Positions 60,616 to 64,000 of a stretch of DNA of 64,000 bases are shown here, piece after piece. Under the pieces are notes generated by a model. It ran no database searches. It was not told the DNA's origin and was given only the letters and a program-made list of their open reading frames with translations. A program made the position numbers and the translations under genes. Origin of the DNA: Gemmatimonadales bacterium (GTDB lineage: Bacteria > Gemmatimonadota > Gemmatimonadetes > Gemmatimonadales > GWC2-71-9); contig OZ252244.1 of NCBI GenBank assembly GCA_965249575.1, positions 1,696,001-1,760,000 on the forward strand, in the 5' to 3' direction. How positions within the stretch are numbered: position 1 is the stretch's first letter; every line of letters starts with the position of its first letter.

Positions 60616-61416
60616 ATGCCCGTCATCGACTTTCGCGCCCGGCCGAATACCGAGCAGTACATGAGCATGTATCCCGACTCCCGTCCATGGGAGAGGTTCT
60701 TCCACTGCCCGAGGCCTGAACCCGTCTCGGTAGCGGAGTTCATCACGGCATTGGACGAGGTGGGGGTCACGCAGGCGGTCTTCACCGGCCGGCAGACGCC
60801 GGTAAATACGCTGAGCAACGACTACGTGCACGAGTGCATCCAGGCATATCCTGACCGGCTCTTCGGCTTCGCGGGGATCGATCCAACCAAGGGCGAGGCG
60901 GCCGTGAAGGAGATCGAGCGCGCAGTCAAGAAACTCGGCATGAGTGGGATCTCCATAGACCCCCATTCGTCGCGCCGCAAGCCCGACGACGATATCTGGC
61001 ACCCGCTGTACGAGAAATGCACCGAGCTGGGCGTCCCGGTCATCGTCACGATGGGCCCCATCGTCGGGAAGTGGGCGCCACCGGACAGCATCGACAACGC
61101 CGCCGAGCGTTTTCCGAAACTCACCGTCGTCTGCTCGCATGGAGTGTGGCCGCGGGTCAACGAGCTGATCGCGCTCGCCTACAAGAACGAGAACGTCTAT
61201 CTCGAGGCGTCGATCTACGAGTTCCTGCCGGGGGCAGAGCCGATCTTTCAGGCAGCGAACACTATTCTACAGGACAAGGTCATATATGCGAGCGGGTTTC
61301 CGTTCAGGCCTCTCGACGACCTTCAGTTATTCCTCAAGTACCCGTTCTCGCCGGAGGTTGTGGAGAAGGTGACGTATGGGAACGCGGCGAAGGTGCTGGG
61401 CCTCCCCACACCCTGA
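60616..61416 (+). CDS. Amidohydrolase_2-like protein lacking HxH motif
   Basis: VIDFRARPN, CSHGVWP, YASGFP, GNAAKVL. RBS GGAGA. Confidence 0.8.
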   Translation: MPVIDFRARPNTEQYMSMYPDSRPWERFFHCPRPEPVSVAEFITALDEVGVTQAVFTGRQTPVNTLSNDYVHECIQAYPDRLFGFAGIDPTKGEAAVKEIERAVKKLGMSGISIDPHSSRRKPDDDIWHPLYEKCTELGVPVIVTMGPIVGKWAPPDSIDNAAERFPKLTVVCSHGVWPRVNELIALAYKNENVYLEASIYEFLPGAEPIFQAANTILQDKVIYASGFPFRPLDDLQLFLKYPFSPEVVEKVTYGNAAKVLGLPTP

Positions 61417-61433
61417 CCCCACCCCACCCCACC

Positions 61434-61454
61434 AGTGAGTGGTGAGTGGTGAGT
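61434..61454. repeat. Tandem heptamer (A/G)GTGAGT x3
   Basis: AGTGAGT GGTGAGT GGTGAGT, seen directly. Related units occur at 57202, 57271, 60434 and 60517. Confidence 0.65.
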
Positions 61455-61578
61455 GGGCCGTGCCGGTGGGCGGGCCTTACCCGCCTCGCGAATGACCGTA
61501 ACTTTCAGGCTTGCCGACGTTGCCGGCCCCCGGGCCACCGTCGCTCCTCCCAAACTCCGACCAACCACGGAGTACTCC

Positions 61579-62034
61579 ATGATCGCGTTTAGAGTGAACG
61601 GAAAGCGCGTCCAAGCCGACTCGACGCCCGATACCCCGCTGCTCTGGGTAATTCGGGACGAGCTCGCGCTCACGGGTACCAAGTTCGGGTGTGGGATGGG
61701 CCTGTGCGGTGCGTGCACCGTGCACGTGGACGGTGCCGTTACCCGTTCCTGCCAGACACCACTCTCGGCCGTGGAAGGGAAGCGAGTCACCACCATCGAG
61801 GGCTTGTCGAGGAACGGTGACCATCCGGTGCAGCGCGCGTGGGTCGCGGAGCAAGTACCCCAGTGCGGCTACTGCCAGTCTGGGCAGATCATGGCCGCAG
61901 CGGCCCTGCTGGAGGAGAACGCGGACCCGACCGACGCCGAGATCGACACCGCTATGCAAGTCAACGTATGCCGCTGCGGTACCTATCAGCGAATCCGGAA
62001 GGCCGTGCATCGGGCGGCGGGAGGTGCGGCATGA
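61579..62034 (+). CDS. (2Fe-2S) small subunit of isoquinoline/aldehyde oxidoreductase (IorA-like)
   Basis: [33 protein letters not shown]. Confidence 0.93.
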   Translation: MIAFRVNGKRVQADSTPDTPLLWVIRDELALTGTKFGCGMGLCGACTVHVDGAVTRSCQTPLSAVEGKRVTTIEGLSRNGDHPVQRAWVAEQVPQCGYCQSGQIMAAAALLEENADPTDAEIDTAMQVNVCRCGTYQRIRKAVHRAAGGAA

Positions 62035-64000
62035 CTTCGACCAACTTGAGCCGCCGTGATTTCGTCCGCGCCGGGGTGGCCGCCGGCGCCGGTTTGACGG
62101 TCGCGATTTACCTGCCCGGATGCTCGCGCCGCGGCATGCAGGCAGCAGCGCCCACACCGTTCAAGCCCAACGCGTGGCTTCGAGTCGGGACCGACGGGTC
62201 GGTTATCGTGGTCGTGGACAAGTCCGAGATGGGGCAGGGCGTGCTGACCTCGATGCCACAGATACTCGTCGAAGAACTGGATGCCGATTGGTCGAAGGTG
62301 CGTATCGAGCAGGCGCTCGCGGGACCCGAGTACGTCAATCCCGCTTTCGGCATTCAGGGTACGGGCGGGAGCACGAGCGTCCGTGCCATGATGCAGCCGT
62401 TGAGAGAAGCTGGTGCGAAAGCGCGCCACATGCTCGTCGAGGCGGCGGCGCAGGAGTGGGGCATCGACGCCGCGAGTCTGAGCACCGAGGACGGCTACGT
62501 CATCGAGACCGGCGGAGGCCGTCGCGCCAGCTACGGCGATCTGGCCGAGAAAGCCGCGACGATGACCGTCCCCGAGGCGGTCACGCTCAAGGATCCGAAG
62601 GACTTCAAGCTGATAGGAAAGCCGATCCCACGGCTGGACATCGAGGACAAGGTGACCGGACGCGCGGGATTCGGCATCGACGCGCAAGCGCCCGGCATGC
62701 TGGTGGCGGTGGTGGCACGTTGCCCCACGTTCGGCGGCAAGGCCAGTGGGTACGACGAGCAGGCCGCGCTCGCAGTCCCGGGCGTACGACGTGTCGTCCA
62801 GATCGATTCCGGTGTCGCCGTGCTGGCCGATGGATACTGGGCGGCCAAGAAGGGGCGCGACGCCCTGGGGACTACCTGGGATCGGGGCGACATGGCCGGC
62901 CTGAGCAGCACCGACATCTCGGCCAAGTTCAGGTCGCTCGCCTCGCGCGCGGGAGTGGTCGCGCGCAACGAGGGGAACGCCGCCCGGGCGCTGCGCGGGG
63001 CGGCCAAACGCATCGAGGCGGAATACGAGGTGCCCTACCTCGCCCACGCCACCATGGAACCCATGAACTGCACCGCCTGGGTCCAAGCCGACAAGTGCAC
63101 GGTCTGGGCACCGACCCAGTATCAGTCCGGAGGCGGCCTCGGCGTCACGGGCATCGCGGCGCAAATCACCGGGCTCCCCGAGAGCGCGGTCGACGTGCAC
63201 ACCACGATGCTCGGTGGCGGGTTCGGCCGGCGGTTCGAGCTGGACTTCGTGACCGACGCGGTGCAGGTGTCCAAGGCCATCGGCGGGCCGGCCAAGGTGA
63301 TCTACTCGCGCGAGGACGACACCCAGCACGACTTCTACCGGCCGGCGACCTACAACCGGCTGGCCGCGGGCATCGATGGTTCCGGGCGACCGGTGGCGTG
63401 GCAACACCGGATCGTGGGCCCGTCCATCATGACCCGATTCGCGGCGCTGTTCGGCCCGTTGCCCGAGGGGCTCGACTCGAGCTCTGTCGAGGGTGCCGCC
63501 GACATCCCGTACGGCATCCCCAACATTCACTGTGACTGGGTCCACGCCGACGTTGGCGTGCCGGTCGGTTTCTGGCGGTCGGTTGGAAACTCGCAGAACT
63601 ACTTCATCTCGGAGGGTTTCATCGACGAGCTGGCGCACGCGGCAGGCAAGGACCCGTACGAGTTCCGCAGGGGGTTGTTGGCGGCCGCGCCGCGCCACCT
63701 GGGTGTGCTCGAGCTGGCGGCAACGAAGGCCGGGTGGGGCTCGTCACTGCCGGCCGGCCGGGCGCGTGGCATTGCCGTGGCGCACTCGTTCGGCAGCTAC
63801 GTGGCGCAGGTCGCCGAGGTATCGGTCGAGGACGGCAAGGTGCGGGTGCACCGCGTCGTCTGCGCGGTGGACTGCGGCGTACACGTGAACCCCGATATCA
63901 TCGCCGCGCAAATGGAGAGCAGTATCGCCTACGGACTGACCGCCGCACTCTACGGCGAGATCACCATTGAAGACGGCGCGGCGAAGCAGAGCAACTTCCA
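62031..64000 (+). CDS. Molybdopterin-binding large subunit (IorB-like), partial, runs off window
   Basis: The ATG overlaps the iorA-like stop. [44 protein letters not shown]. Confidence 0.9.
   Translation, partial: MTSTNLSRRDFVRAGVAAGAGLTVAIYLPGCSRRGMQAAAPTPFKPNAWLRVGTDGSVIVVVDKSEMGQGVLTSMPQILVEELDADWSKVRIEQALAGPEYVNPAFGIQGTGGSTSVRAMMQPLREAGAKARHMLVEAAAQEWGIDAASLSTEDGYVIETGGGRRASYGDLAEKAATMTVPEAVTLKDPKDFKLIGKPIPRLDIEDKVTGRAGFGIDAQAPGMLVAVVARCPTFGGKASGYDEQAALAVPGVRRVVQIDSGVAVLADGYWAAKKGRDALGTTWDRGDMAGLSSTDISAKFRSLASRAGVVARNEGNAARALRGAAKRIEAEYEVPYLAHATMEPMNCTAWVQADKCTVWAPTQYQSGGGLGVTGIAAQITGLPESAVDVHTTMLGGGFGRRFELDFVTDAVQVSKAIGGPAKVIYSREDDTQHDFYRPATYNRLAAGIDGSGRPVAWQHRIVGPSIMTRFAALFGPLPEGLDSSSVEGAADIPYGIPNIHCDWVHADVGVPVGFWRSVGNSQNYFISEGFIDELAHAAGKDPYEFRRGLLAAAPRHLGVLELAATKAGWGSSLPAGRARGIAVAHSFGSYVAQVAEVSVEDGKVRVHRVVCAVDCGVHVNPDIIAAQMESSIAYGLTAALYGEITIEDGAAKQSNF

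Noticed and set aside
61986..63698. Long minus-strand 570-aa ORF and similar shadow ORFs (e.g. 175..1092, 353..1675, 43592..44863, 48516..49613)
   Set aside because: These are antisense or alternate-frame shadows of motif-supported genes, expected in high-GC DNA, and show no recognisable domains.
1..64000. Prophage, IS, integron, defence system, tRNA/rRNA
   Set aside because: No integrase, transposase, phage, nuclease or structural RNA signature was recognised by eye.

Overview
High-GC bacterial chromosome segment, most consistent with Gemmatimonadota (inferred from protein style, e.g. the Ser/Thr kinase type, the cspA-rpsU pair and the many signal peptides followed by Gln). It has about 53 densely packed genes. 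I could not support any rRNA, tRNA, CRISPR array, integrase or transposase. Main content: (i) three paralogous secreted His-rich LVIVD-like beta-propeller proteins at 0-20 kb; (ii) a coupled cupredoxin / hybrid sensor kinase / outer-membrane beta-barrel module bracketed by two same-orientation copies of a dispersed repeat; (iii) a 'split ACAD10' / lva-like acyl-CoA cluster (HAD, ACAD, CoA ligase, APH kinase, ECH, MFS, SDR); (iv) a 22-kb region of largely exported amine/amide enzymes. Region iv holds two Tat flavin amine oxidases, five unusual amidohydrolase_2 proteins, two NTF2 lipoproteins, an exported acetamidase, an ABC importer split by an RnfD-like/Sel1 gene, and an IorAB-like Mo oxidoreductase. 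A REP/MITE-like element built on AGTGAGG/AGTGAGC heptamers sits at many gene ends and appears to enter at least one coding region. Several genes carry frameshifts, short tandem duplications, truncations or a chimeric junction. These may be real decay or assembly/sequencing error, and I cannot tell which without reads. All products are assigned from motifs seen by eye; no database search was run.
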